From Candidatus Bathyarchaeia archaeon (GTDB taxonomy: Archaea > Thermoproteota > Bathyarchaeia > Bathyarchaeales > Bathycorpusculaceae), in the NCBI GenBank assembly GCA_049512075.1, contig JBEKXL010000001.1, positions 64,001 through 128,000 of the forward strand: a stretch of DNA of 64,000 bases, in the 5' to 3' direction. Shown piece by piece: positions 9,781 to 19,212 of this stretch; position 1 is the stretch's first letter; each line of letters starts with the position of its first letter. The notes below the pieces were generated by a model that searched no databases, was not told where the DNA came from, and saw only the letters and a list, made by a program, of their open reading frames with translations. A program made the position numbers and the translations under genes.

Positions 9781-10836
9781 CTAGGATTTGCCGAGTTTCT
9801 TTGCTAGCTTAGCAAGCTCAGGGACTGTCTGCTCACCTTTGTCCCATACCTGTTTTCCGTCGAGCCACACAGACGTGTTCATGCAGATTCCGTCGGTGTG
9901 TGAAGGTGCCGAGATTGGTTTTCCGCCCGTCAGTATCTGGCCTACATAGCCGATTCCCCATTCGCTGACTCCCCAGACTCTCTCGTCCTCTAAGACGTTT
10001 CCCGTGAGTTTAGCGCCTGGATTGCAGCCGTAGCAAACGTGAGCCATGCTGCGCATCAGTGGATGGTTGAAACTCTTGAGCCAAGCATCGAAAACCATGG
10101 CATCTTGGCCACCGTCGATTTTATGTATCTTTCCTTCTTTGACGTGCAGCTTCACTGGTGACTTGCACAAGCCTAGCGGCGGGTTTATTGAACCATCGAA
10201 AACAATCGTGCCGTTTATCGACTCGAAAACGGGCGACCAGCCTATCTGACCTCCAAGCATGTGGGAACCAGGAGTATCAGCGTACCCTGTCTCAAGTGTT
10301 ATCGGTCTCCTGCGGTCGTTGTCGAATTCAACATCGGTTCCTGATGGCGTCGTCATTTTGACGTGTTTAGCAGCTTTAGTCATTTCCACCAGTTTTTCTT
10401 CATAGGCGGCTAGGGTTTTTACATCGACTCTGGCGATTGTTCTAACCATCATGTCCACGTTCATTCCGACGTAGCATGCATGTCTGAGCTTCTTGTTTGC
10501 TTCCATGGCGTTTGCGTATGGCGTTGAGTAGAAAATCCACTCATTGTTGAATTCGCACCAAGCGTCAGCGCACTTCAGAACTGCTTCAATCGCTTCTGCG
10601 GGCAAATCGGCGTCTGCGGCTTTGCCAACTCCTCGGGGTGAGGCGTTCCAAATTACTAGAGGCTTCGCTCCGATGGTAAAGGCAGCTGCAGCTGTGGCGT
10701 CGACGACGCGAGGATCGGATTCTGTGTCTGCAGAAACGACGAAAGTCTCTCCTGGTTTCAGTTTGAACCATTCTGAAACGAGCCTGTGTGCGGCTTTAGC
10801 TAACTCGTATTCGTAGTATTGAGGCATTCTTGTCAC
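9781..10836 (-). CDS. M29-fold metalloenzyme (aminopeptidase T / NicX-like)
   Basis: GTDVEF, NGTIVFDGS, AHVCYGCNPGA, GNVLEDER, SHTDG, SVWLDG match the M29 fold. Confidence 0.75.
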   Translation of the reverse strand: MTRMPQYYEYELAKAAHRLVSEWFKLKPGETFVVSADTESDPRVVDATAAAAFTIGAKPLVIWNASPRGVGKAADADLPAEAIEAVLKCADAWCEFNNEWIFYSTPYANAMEANKKLRHACYVGMNVDMMVRTIARVDVKTLAAYEEKLVEMTKAAKHVKMTTPSGTDVEFDNDRRRPITLETGYADTPGSHMLGGQIGWSPVFESINGTIVFDGSINPPLGLCKSPVKLHVKEGKIHKIDGGQDAMVFDAWLKSFNHPLMRSMAHVCYGCNPGAKLTGNVLEDERVWGVSEWGIGYVGQILTGGKPISAPSHTDGICMNTSVWLDGKQVWDKGEQTVPELAKLAKKLGKS

Positions 10837-10861
10837 TTCCAGAAAAAAGCTATCTTTGTCG

Positions 10862-10895
10862 TTCAGCTTATAAAACTTCTCAAAAACCTTTTAGG
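10862..10895. promoter_or_regulatory. Divergent promoter region with TATA-like boxes (TTATAAAA; TTTTA)
   Basis: AT boxes between the divergent M29 gene and the nitroreductase operon. Confidence 0.4.
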
Positions 10896-10942
10896 CGCGC
10901 AAGCGACTCATCCTATCGCTATCTCTGAAAAAGAGGAATAAT

Positions 10943-11485
10943 ATGGATGTCTTTGAGACTATAAAGGGACGCAGAAGCGTCAGGAAATTCAAGTCGAAGG
11001 CAGTTGAGAGAGAGTTGACTGAGAAATTGCTGACCGCAGCTTGTTGGGCACCTTCAGGCGGGAATATTCAACCGTGGAAATTCATAGTGGTGGAAGATCG
11101 TACGACTCTTGAGATGGTTCGCAAGATCTCTCCGGGATATTTCGGCGAGACTCCTCTAGCGATACTTGTTTGCGCTGACAAGATGAGGGCATACAAAGTT
11201 GGCGGCGCGATGGGACGGGATTACCTTTCAATCGCGGATTGCGCAATGGCTACTGAAAACATTGTCCTGGCAGCGTACGCGCTGGGATTAGGAACATGCA
11301 TTGTCAAATCTTTCTCGCATGCGGCAATGAAGGAAATTCTTGAAATTCCGGAAGGCATCGAACCGGAGCTTCTGGTTGTGGTCGGATACCCTGACGCGCC
11401 TCCAGCTCCTCCACGTCGAATTCCTCTGAAAGAGAATACGTATCTCAACAAGTTCGGTCAGAGTTTTCAGCCTGCGGGGGCATAG
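10943..11485 (+). CDS. Nitroreductase-family protein, AlbA (cyclodipeptide oxidase subunit A)-like
   Basis: RRSVRKF, APSGGNIQPW, ISPG, ENIVLAAYALGLGTC, IPEGIEP; directly followed by a DUF6092 gene. Confidence 0.85.
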   Translation: MDVFETIKGRRSVRKFKSKAVERELTEKLLTAACWAPSGGNIQPWKFIVVEDRTTLEMVRKISPGYFGETPLAILVCADKMRAYKVGGAMGRDYLSIADCAMATENIVLAAYALGLGTCIVKSFSHAAMKEILEIPEGIEPELLVVVGYPDAPPAPPRRIPLKENTYLNKFGQSFQPAGA

Positions 11486-11487
11486 AT

Positions 11488-11814
11488 GTGACTAAGGCTA
11501 GAAACACGGGTAACGAATATCTTTTTGAACTCGCACTCTTTCTGGCTACGAGTGCACGGAACTGTATTGACGAACCGCCGCTTTATGGGCCTTTCCGGCT
11601 GCTGGACGCAATTAGCAGACTCGCAGACCTTCCAGAGCATGCCGAGGGTTTGGATGAGGATCCATTTCTCAAAGAGGCCAAGGCCTTCGTGGATGAGAAG
11701 AAGTTTCTTGTAACGACCGACGTGGGAGGGTTTACACGGGCTGCCGACGAACTGGTGGAGAGGTTTGCAAAAGAGCTCAAAAGAAGATCCGCAGAGAACA
11801 GAAGCAAGGAATAG
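11488..11814 (+). CDS. DUF6092 protein, AlbB (cyclodipeptide oxidase subunit B)-like
   Basis: 108-aa helical protein with SAR...DEPPLYGPFRLLDAISRL motif; starts 2 nt after the nitroreductase stop. Confidence 0.75.
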   Translation: MTKARNTGNEYLFELALFLATSARNCIDEPPLYGPFRLLDAISRLADLPEHAEGLDEDPFLKEAKAFVDEKKFLVTTDVGGFTRAADELVERFAKELKRRSAENRSKE

Positions 11815-11903
11815 ACAGGCTCTACGCACACGGAATTGTTCAGCGTGGCATTTGGCCCGATTTGTGCTTGGCGCACGCACGTTGATTCTCGAGGTTGGTT
11901 CCG

Positions 11904-12920
11904 ATGAAGCTTTCTAACCTCCTTACAATCGTTGACCTCCACACAGCAGGTGAGCCGTTCAGAATAGTGACAAGCGGATTTCCTACAATTCGTGGCAAAA
12001 CAATGAAGGAAAAAAACGCCTATGCAGAAAAGAACCTTGAAGATATGCGAAGAATGGTTCTCTATGAACCCCGAGGACGCAGTACAATGTGCGGAGCGTT
12101 CCTCTTGGAGCCTACAGTTGCAGAGGCGGATGCGGGGGTCATATTCATGGAACCAATAGGCCTCGTCCCGATGTGCGGACACGGATCGATTGCGATAGCC
12201 AAATACTTGGTTGAAACTGGACGAGTGAAAGTAACGGAACCCGTAACCAAAATCAAACTAGACACTCATGCAGGACTGGTCAGCCTATCAGTGAGCGTCA
12301 AAGATGGAAAGGTCGGAGAGATAACACTGAGAAATGTCGAATCTTTCTCCTACCTTCGCGACGCCATGGTCCGCACTGAAAGATTCGGAAAAGTCAAGGT
12401 TGACATTGCCTACGGTGGCAGCTTATACGCGATAGTTTCAGCCAAAGATGTCGGACTTGAGATTGTTCCTGATGAAGCTGGAAAACTGCTTGAATACGGT
12501 GAAATCCTCAGGAAATCGATACAAGAACAGATAGAGATGAAGCATCCCAAGGACGCCAGTCTAGTGAAGGTTCTGTACGTTCAGTTCACTGGGCCTCCGA
12601 CGCATCCGAAAGCGGACATGAAGAATGTCGTTGTCGTGGCACCTACAGGCCTAGATCGTTCGCCATGCGGCACCGGAACGTCTGCAAGAATGGCAGACCT
12701 CTTCGCCAAGGGAAAGATGAAAGTTGGAGATGAGCTCGTGCATGAAAGCCTCATCGGCACGTTGTTTCGAGGCAGAATAGTCGGCGAAACCAGCGTGGGG
12801 GAATACCCCGCGATAATTCCAGAAGTCGCGGGCAACGCATACATAACAGGTTTTCAACAACTCGTGGCCGAGCCGGACGATCCTTTGAAAAAAGGCTTCT
12901 TACTATCGGAAACTTCGTAG
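11904..12920 (+). CDS. Proline racemase / hydroxyproline 2-epimerase family
   Basis: DLHTAGEPFR, EPRG, MCGHG and DRSPCGTGTSA (Cys/Cys catalytic pair). Confidence 0.93.
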   Translation: MKLSNLLTIVDLHTAGEPFRIVTSGFPTIRGKTMKEKNAYAEKNLEDMRRMVLYEPRGRSTMCGAFLLEPTVAEADAGVIFMEPIGLVPMCGHGSIAIAKYLVETGRVKVTEPVTKIKLDTHAGLVSLSVSVKDGKVGEITLRNVESFSYLRDAMVRTERFGKVKVDIAYGGSLYAIVSAKDVGLEIVPDEAGKLLEYGEILRKSIQEQIEMKHPKDASLVKVLYVQFTGPPTHPKADMKNVVVVAPTGLDRSPCGTGTSARMADLFAKGKMKVGDELVHESLIGTLFRGRIVGETSVGEYPAIIPEVAGNAYITGFQQLVAEPDDPLKKGFLLSETS

Positions 12921-13011
12921 CCTTGAACATTCTGATTCCCAGGATCGACACCGACCAAGGTTAAGTAGTGCCGATGGCTAGATTAATGTGAGTCTACGAG
13001 GTTGAGGGAAC

Positions 13012-14241
13012 ACGTTTCTTACGCGTGAGGAAGAGGCGATGCTTGATGGCGAGTATGGAGAAGGGTACGAAATCGCCATGTCCGTTCTGGTCAAACTTGG
13101 AGACATCTATGGCGCTGACAGGATGCTGAAGGTCGAAAACGTCCATATTGACGGTGCCGCCTACGGCTGGATCAATGATTCTGGCTTGGAGCTGATTGGG
13201 AAATTGGCCAGCTCAGGAGCGCGTTTTCGGGTTCCAGCGACGCTGAACCCTTCTTCAATCGACTTTGACATGTGGCAAGAGCTAAAGATACCTTCTCACG
13301 TTGCAAGGAAACAGTTGAGGCTGGCCAAGGCCCTGAAGAGAATGGGCGGAACACCAACATGGACTTGTGCTCCGTATCAATACGGTGCAGATCTCAGGTT
13401 TGGCCAGAAGGTGGCTTGGGGAGAATCCAACGCCGTCGGTTTTGCAAACACTGTCGTCGGCGCAAGAACTGAGAGATTGGGAGATCTTGCTGACGTCTGT
13501 GCTGCGGTTGCCGGAGAGTACCCAAATTTTGGGCTGTACCTGGACGAGAACAGGCGAGGACAGGTACTCTTCGAGCCTGACAGACTTGACGTGGATGCCT
13601 TCGATTCTACAGACTATGGCGTCCTAGGTTTCTTCGTTGGATCCATCGCTAAAGCAAGGGTTCCAGTGGTTTCAGGAATGCCAGAAAAAGCGACAACCGA
13701 CCAGTTGAAGTCGTTTTGTGCAGCTGCCGCAGTTGGCGGTTCAGTGGCTCTGTGTCACCTGTGCGGGATCACGCCTTGGGCAAAGACAGTGGCAGAGGCG
13801 TTTCGCGGTTCGAAACCTGAAGAAAAAATAATCATCGAGGCTGGCGAGCTTGATCAAGCAAGACAGAAGCTAAGCACTGCCAATGAGGAGCCGCCTGAAG
13901 TTATCTGCATCGGATGTCCGCACTGCTCAGTTCAGGAACTCGTGAAGGTCGCGCGCCTTATTAAGGGCAGGAGAGTGGAAGACAGCGTGAGGTTCCTGGT
14001 TTTCACGAGCAGAGCGGCAAAGACGTTAGCAAGTGAAATGGGGGCGGTTGAGACAATCGAGTCGTCTGGGGGTAGAGTGATTGCTGACACATGCTGGAAC
14101 TTCATTCCCTCTAAAGCTGAGACCTTGATGACTGACTCTGTGAAAATGGCCTGGACGTCGCTGGGCAAATTCACAAACGTTGCACTTGGCAGTATAGAAA
14201 AGTGCGTCGATGTTGCGGCCGGAACAATGCCTAGAGGATGA
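13012..14241 (+). CDS. Aconitase X catalytic (large) subunit; probable cis-3-hydroxy-L-proline dehydratase type
   Basis: Fe-S ligand motifs TWTCAPY, GCPH, ADTC; WGESNA; HIDG. The family N-terminus (xFLTREEEAMLDGEYG) starts at ACG 13012. Confidence 0.88.
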   Translation, partial: TFLTREEEAMLDGEYGEGYEIAMSVLVKLGDIYGADRMLKVENVHIDGAAYGWINDSGLELIGKLASSGARFRVPATLNPSSIDFDMWQELKIPSHVARKQLRLAKALKRMGGTPTWTCAPYQYGADLRFGQKVAWGESNAVGFANTVVGARTERLGDLADVCAAVAGEYPNFGLYLDENRRGQVLFEPDRLDVDAFDSTDYGVLGFFVGSIAKARVPVVSGMPEKATTDQLKSFCAAAAVGGSVALCHLCGITPWAKTVAEAFRGSKPEEKIIIEAGELDQARQKLSTANEEPPEVICIGCPHCSVQELVKVARLIKGRRVEDSVRFLVFTSRAAKTLASEMGAVETIESSGGRVIADTCWNFIPSKAETLMTDSVKMAWTSLGKFTNVALGSIEKCVDVAAGTMPRG

Positions 14242-14711
14242 TCCGCGTGGGAAAAATCGTGATAAGATGCGTCCCGGTGTCGAAAGGCGTTTCAGAAGGA
14301 GAAGCTCTGGTAACGAGCCAGCCGATGTGTTTGTACGACTCGTTGGATCCTAAGTCTGGCCGCATCGTGAACAAGAGACATGAGCTGTATGGAGAATGTG
14401 TTTCTGGGAGAATTCTCTTCTTTCCCTACGGAATCGGCTCAAGCACGAGCGCCGCCACGATTCTTGAGGCCTCAAGATGTAAAAAAGCTCCAAACGCTAT
14501 AGTTAACCTAGAAACCGAGCCGATAATAGCTGTTGGCGCATTGTTGGCCGAGAGGCTTTATGGAAGGATAATTCCGATTGTTCACAGGCCAGAAATAGAC
14601 CCGGCAGAAGTGATTAAGCATCATTCTGTGAGAGTTAACGCCGACGTGGGCCTGATTGAAGTATTAGGACATGGTCGAGATGCAGCGCACGTTAAAGCGA
14701 ATAATGCATGA
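14238..14711 (+). CDS. Aconitase X swivelling (small) subunit (DUF126)
   Basis: GEALVT, DPKSG...HELYGECVSGRILFFPYGIGSS, AP.AI; ATGA overlap with the large subunit. Confidence 0.88.
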   Translation: MIRVGKIVIRCVPVSKGVSEGEALVTSQPMCLYDSLDPKSGRIVNKRHELYGECVSGRILFFPYGIGSSTSAATILEASRCKKAPNAIVNLETEPIIAVGALLAERLYGRIIPIVHRPEIDPAEVIKHHSVRVNADVGLIEVLGHGRDAAHVKANNA

Positions 14712-14783
14712 AATTGCAAAATCGGCGCACAACGTTTTTAAGAACTCTCGAGCTAGGTTTAATTAACAGGCGTTCTGGAAAAG

Positions 14784-15701
14784 GTGGAAAAGACCATCCA
14801 AAAAGGCATTGTTTTTGAAGTAAAAAGGTATGCCACGGACGATGGACCAGGCATACGTACGACCGTATTCTTCAAGGGATGCCCTCTGCGTTGCTGGTGG
14901 TGCCACAACCCCGAGGGCAAAAATTCGAAACCCGAGTTGATGTACAAACGGAACAGATGCAAAGGCTCGGGCGAATGTGTAAAAAACTGTCCAAAGAATG
15001 CAATCTCGAAAGGCGCTCAGTACGTGTCCATCAACAGAAAACTCTGCAACTTATGTGGAAAGTGTGCCCTAGCCTGTCCAAGCGATGCTCTAGTGCTAGT
15101 CGGCAGAGCAGCAAGAGCGGATGAGATGCTGAAGGAGATAGAAAAGGACGTGACCTTTTATGATGAGTCCGGCGGAGGCGTCACGTTCTCTGGTGGGGAA
15201 CCCCTCATGCAACCCGATTTCTTGGAAGCTCTACTTGAAGGTTGTAAGGAGAGAAACATTCGCACAGCCTTGGACACGTGTGGATATGCACCATGCGAAA
15301 CGGTGGATAGAATAAAGGACAAAGTTGATCTCTTTTTGTATGACATCAAGAGCATGGACGACCGGACGCATAGAAAGTACACGGGAGTGTCAAACAAACT
15401 CATCATTCAGAATTTCAAGAGATTAGCAGAGAATGGAAGCAGCATTTCGGTTCGCTTCCCCGTCATTCCGGGCGTCAACGACAACGCGGAAAACGTCACC
15501 AGGACAGGCGAGTTTGCACTTTCACTTGGCGTGAAGCAGGTGTGTCTTCTTCCTTATCACAGAGCAGGGATTGAAAAGTACAGAAGCCTGGACAAGACTT
15601 ACAGACTCGAGCATCTTCAATCTCCCTCAGACGAAAAAATGCAAATGATCAAGGAAAAACTTATCACACTCGGGTTAGACGTGAGAATAGGAGGAGGGTA
15701 A
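14784..15701 (+). CDS. Glycyl-radical enzyme activase (radical SAM with ferredoxin-like insert)
   Basis: DGPGIRTTVFFKGCPLRCWWCHNPE, two Cys-rich ferredoxin-like motifs, GGVTFSGGEP, LLPYH. Confidence 0.95.
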   Translation: MEKTIQKGIVFEVKRYATDDGPGIRTTVFFKGCPLRCWWCHNPEGKNSKPELMYKRNRCKGSGECVKNCPKNAISKGAQYVSINRKLCNLCGKCALACPSDALVLVGRAARADEMLKEIEKDVTFYDESGGGVTFSGGEPLMQPDFLEALLEGCKERNIRTALDTCGYAPCETVDRIKDKVDLFLYDIKSMDDRTHRKYTGVSNKLIIQNFKRLAENGSSISVRFPVIPGVNDNAENVTRTGEFALSLGVKQVCLLPYHRAGIEKYRSLDKTYRLEHLQSPSDEKMQMIKEKLITLGLDVRIGGG

Positions 15702-15702
15702 G

Positions 15703-18069
15703 ATGAAAGACAGGATTAGAAAGCTGAGAGAACGCAGCGTCAGCACTAAACCGTACATCACGCCGGAAAGGGCCGTTCTAATAACGGAGTTTTGCGCTGG
15801 CGAAGGGGCTAGTCAGTCAGCATCTACACCCGTGAAAAGAGCCCTTGCCCTGAAGTACTTGCTTGAACACAAGCAGATATTCATCGATGACGGTGAGCTC
15901 ATCGTTGGCGAGAGAGGACCTGCTCCGAAGGCCGTTCCCACTTACCCGGAGATATGTTGCCACAGCCTTCAAGATCTTGAAATTCTTAATTCGAGGAAGA
16001 AAACACCCTTTGCGGTGGATAAAGAAACGAGGAAAATATACGAAGACAATATCATACCTTTCTGGAAGGGTAAATCAATAAGGGAAATGATTTTTGGTCA
16101 AATGTCCAAAGAGTGGAAGCTCGCCTACGAAGCAGGAGTGTTCACAGAGTTTCTGGAGCAGAGAGCCCCAGGTCACACGGTTCTCGACGACAAAATCTAC
16201 CGGAAAGGCATGCTTGACTTCAAAAAGGACATTAAGAAGAGCATGCGAAGCCTCGATTTTCTGAATGATCCTGAAGCACTCAAGAAGATGGAAGAACTCA
16301 AGGCCATGGAAATCGCTGCAGACGCCTTGATCCGCTACGCCGAGCGACACGCCGGGAAGGCCAGAGAGATGGCAAAGAAGGAGAAAGACCCGACGAGAAG
16401 AAAAGAGCTTGAAAAGATAGCGGATGTCTGCTCTCACGTTCCGGCTAACGCGCCTCGCGACTTCTGGGAGGCTCTGCAGTACTATTGGTTTGTTCATCTA
16501 GGAGTCATATCGGAACTCAACCCGTGGGATTCATTCAACCCTGGCAGGCTTGATCAGCACCTGTATCCGTTCTACAAACGGGGCTTGGAGCAAGGCACGT
16601 TAACGAAAGAAGAAGCCAAAGAGCTTCTGGAATTGTTCTGGATAAAATTCAACAATCAACCGGCGCCGCCCAAGGTCGGCGTTACAGCGGAGGAGAGCAG
16701 CACCTACAATGATTTTGCTCTGATAAACGCGGGCGGCGTGAAAGCCGACGGCTCGGACGGCGTGAACGAGCTCTCGTACCTGATACTGGACGTTGTGGAG
16801 GAAATGAGGCTGATCCAGCCTGGCTCCATGGTTCAGATCAGCAAGAAAACTCCTGACAGTTTTGTGAAGAAGGCCGTGGAGGTCATAAGAGAAGGCTTCG
16901 GACAGCCCTCAGTCTTCAACACGGACGCAATAATTCAAGAACTCCTGCGGCAGGGAAAATCGATAGAGGACGCGAGAAACGGAGGAGCGAGCGGATGTGT
17001 GGAGGCGGGGGCTTTTGGAAAAGAAAGCTACATCCTCACTGGATACTTCAACCTCACTAAAATCTTAGAGATCGTCTTGAACAACGGTGTAGACCCAAGG
17101 ACGAAAAGAAAGATTGGCCTTGAAACCGGGGACCCTTCAGACTTCAGTTCTTTCGATGAACTCATCAACGCGTATGAGAAGCAACTAAACTACTTTGTCG
17201 ACGTCAAAATCAAGGGTAACAACATAATTGAGAGGCTGTACGCCGAGCATCTTCCAACGCCCTTCCTGTCACTCCTAATAAGCGATTGCGTGCAGAAAGG
17301 AAAAGACTACAGCGATGGCGGCGCCAGGTATAACACCAACTACATCCAGGGCGTAGGACTCGGAACGATAACTGATTCTTTGACAGCGATTAAACACAAG
17401 GTCTTTGACGAGAAAAACGTTAGGATGAAAGAGCTAGTCAATGCATTGCATGCCAACTTTGATGCGAACGAGAACCTTCGCCAAGTGCTTTTGAATAAGA
17501 CGCCTAAGTACGGCAACGACGACGATTATGCGGATGACATCATGAGAACTGTCTTTGAGATTTACTATCGTGCAGTGGATGGGAGGCCGAACACCAAGGG
17601 AGGCTATCACAGGATAAATCTTCTGCCGACCACGGTTCACGTTTACTTCGGGAAAGTGTTAGGCGCAACACCTGATGGGAGAAAAGCAGGTGAACCCGTT
17701 TCTGAGGGTGTGTCACCCGTCCAAGGAGCAGACAGGAAAGGTCCCACGGCAGTGATAAAGTCGGTTTCTAAGATAGATCATGTCAGAACAGGCGGGACTC
17801 TTCTCAACCAGAAATTTGCGCCAGAGCTGTTGGAAGACGAGCAGGGTATGGACAAGCTGGGCCACCTTATACGCACGTACTTCAAGCTTGACGGTCACCA
17901 CATCCAGTTTAACGTCATAAACGCGGAGACCTTGCGAGACGCACAGAAACATCCCGAGAAATACACGGATCTCCTAGTGAGAGTTGCAGGGTACAGCGAC
18001 TACTTCGTTGATTTGAGCACTGAACTTCAGAATGAGATTATTAAGAGAACGGAGCACAAATCGTTCTGA
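15703..18069 (+). CDS. hypD: trans-4-hydroxy-L-proline dehydratase (glycyl-radical enzyme)
   Basis: PTYPEICCH, TEFLEQRAPGHT, NPWDSF, ESSTYNDF, SGCVE, TGYFN, LLPTT, RVAGYS: HypD-type active-site segments as I recall them. Confidence 0.9.
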   Translation: MKDRIRKLRERSVSTKPYITPERAVLITEFCAGEGASQSASTPVKRALALKYLLEHKQIFIDDGELIVGERGPAPKAVPTYPEICCHSLQDLEILNSRKKTPFAVDKETRKIYEDNIIPFWKGKSIREMIFGQMSKEWKLAYEAGVFTEFLEQRAPGHTVLDDKIYRKGMLDFKKDIKKSMRSLDFLNDPEALKKMEELKAMEIAADALIRYAERHAGKAREMAKKEKDPTRRKELEKIADVCSHVPANAPRDFWEALQYYWFVHLGVISELNPWDSFNPGRLDQHLYPFYKRGLEQGTLTKEEAKELLELFWIKFNNQPAPPKVGVTAEESSTYNDFALINAGGVKADGSDGVNELSYLILDVVEEMRLIQPGSMVQISKKTPDSFVKKAVEVIREGFGQPSVFNTDAIIQELLRQGKSIEDARNGGASGCVEAGAFGKESYILTGYFNLTKILEIVLNNGVDPRTKRKIGLETGDPSDFSSFDELINAYEKQLNYFVDVKIKGNNIIERLYAEHLPTPFLSLLISDCVQKGKDYSDGGARYNTNYIQGVGLGTITDSLTAIKHKVFDEKNVRMKELVNALHANFDANENLRQVLLNKTPKYGNDDDYADDIMRTVFEIYYRAVDGRPNTKGGYHRINLLPTTVHVYFGKVLGATPDGRKAGEPVSEGVSPVQGADRKGPTAVIKSVSKIDHVRTGGTLLNQKFAPELLEDEQGMDKLGHLIRTYFKLDGHHIQFNVINAETLRDAQKHPEKYTDLLVRVAGYSDYFVDLSTELQNEIIKRTEHKSF

Positions 18070-18109
18070 ACGGCAAGCCCAGAACGGCGCTAGCTAGATT
18101 GACAAGCGG

Positions 18110-19093
18110 CTAAATCTCGATTTCTTTTCCGATTCCTTCTTTCTTTGCTTTATCATATGCCAGTTTTGCTACGGCGGCATCTTCGAGGGCTAAGCCCACG
18201 GCTTTCCAACACGTTATTTCGGAGTCAGACATTCTTCCAGGTTTTTCGCCGCCGACTATTTCTTGAAGTTCAGCGTAGATATCATCCTGTGAAATTATTC
18301 CCTTCTTTATTGGGACAATAAGGTCTCCAGTTTCAGCAAGTGCGCCCTCTTTGGTGTCGACGACGATTTTTGCTTTCTTGACGGTTTTATCGTCCAGTTC
18401 TCCTCCCTCAGGTCCGACTACTCCGATGGAGTTTATGTGCGCACCCATCTTTATCCAATCTCCGTCCAACACTGCAACCTTCGACGTTGTGGCTAAAACT
18501 ATTACATCGGAGTTTTCAACGCACTGTTTGCTGGTTTGCACAGGCTTAACTGTTAGGCTCAGTTCTCGTGAGACACTTTCGGCAAATTCCTCCGCCCTCT
18601 TAGGTAAAATGTCGTACACCTTTATTCTTTGAATGTTTTCAAGAACCTCGCACAGCCCCCGAACCTGAGCTCTTGCCTGACCGCCAGTACCTATGACACC
18701 GATTAAGCTGGAGTCTTTTCGTGCAAGGTACTTGGTGGCAACCGCGCTTGCGGCACCCGTCCTAGTGGCGGTAATATACGCTCCATCCATCAGAGAAAGC
18801 AGTTTGCCGTTTTCTGGATGGTTCAAGAGAATTGAGGCTAGTATCGTTGGTAAACCATGCTTCAGGTTCCCCTCGTACTGAGTGACTATCTTGATTGCTA
18901 AGGATCCCGTGCGACTGAGGTATGCGGGCATATAATAAACGAAGCCTTCATGTTTGTCGACGCTGATGATCACGCGCTTCGGAACTACCGCCTTTCCTTC
19001 GTACAACTCGAGGAAGGCTTTCTCTACCACTTGGATAGCTTCCCTCATGCTGACCAAGGATTCAACATCGCTTCTGCTAAGAAACAGGACCAT
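18110..19093 (-). CDS. Ornithine cyclodeaminase/mu-crystallin family protein (candidate pyrroline-2-carboxylate reductase)
   Basis: MPAY, IKIV, GLPT, ITATRTGAASAVAT, GTGGQA, GAHINSIG, KAVGLALED. Confidence 0.88.
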   Translation of the reverse strand: MVLFLSRSDVESLVSMREAIQVVEKAFLELYEGKAVVPKRVIISVDKHEGFVYYMPAYLSRTGSLAIKIVTQYEGNLKHGLPTILASILLNHPENGKLLSLMDGAYITATRTGAASAVATKYLARKDSSLIGVIGTGGQARAQVRGLCEVLENIQRIKVYDILPKRAEEFAESVSRELSLTVKPVQTSKQCVENSDVIVLATTSKVAVLDGDWIKMGAHINSIGVVGPEGGELDDKTVKKAKIVVDTKEGALAETGDLIVPIKKGIISQDDIYAELQEIVGGEKPGRMSDSEITCWKAVGLALEDAAVAKLAYDKAKKEGIGKEIEI

Positions 19094-19212
19094 TTTACTT
19101 GCCTCAAACCTAAGGCATAACCTCCTCACTTAACTTTTCTCTCTTCCTCAAAGCTAGAAAAACAAACGCATTGGCGTCTAGAGCTTAAATCGCGCCGTGG
19201 AAAACATGGGCA

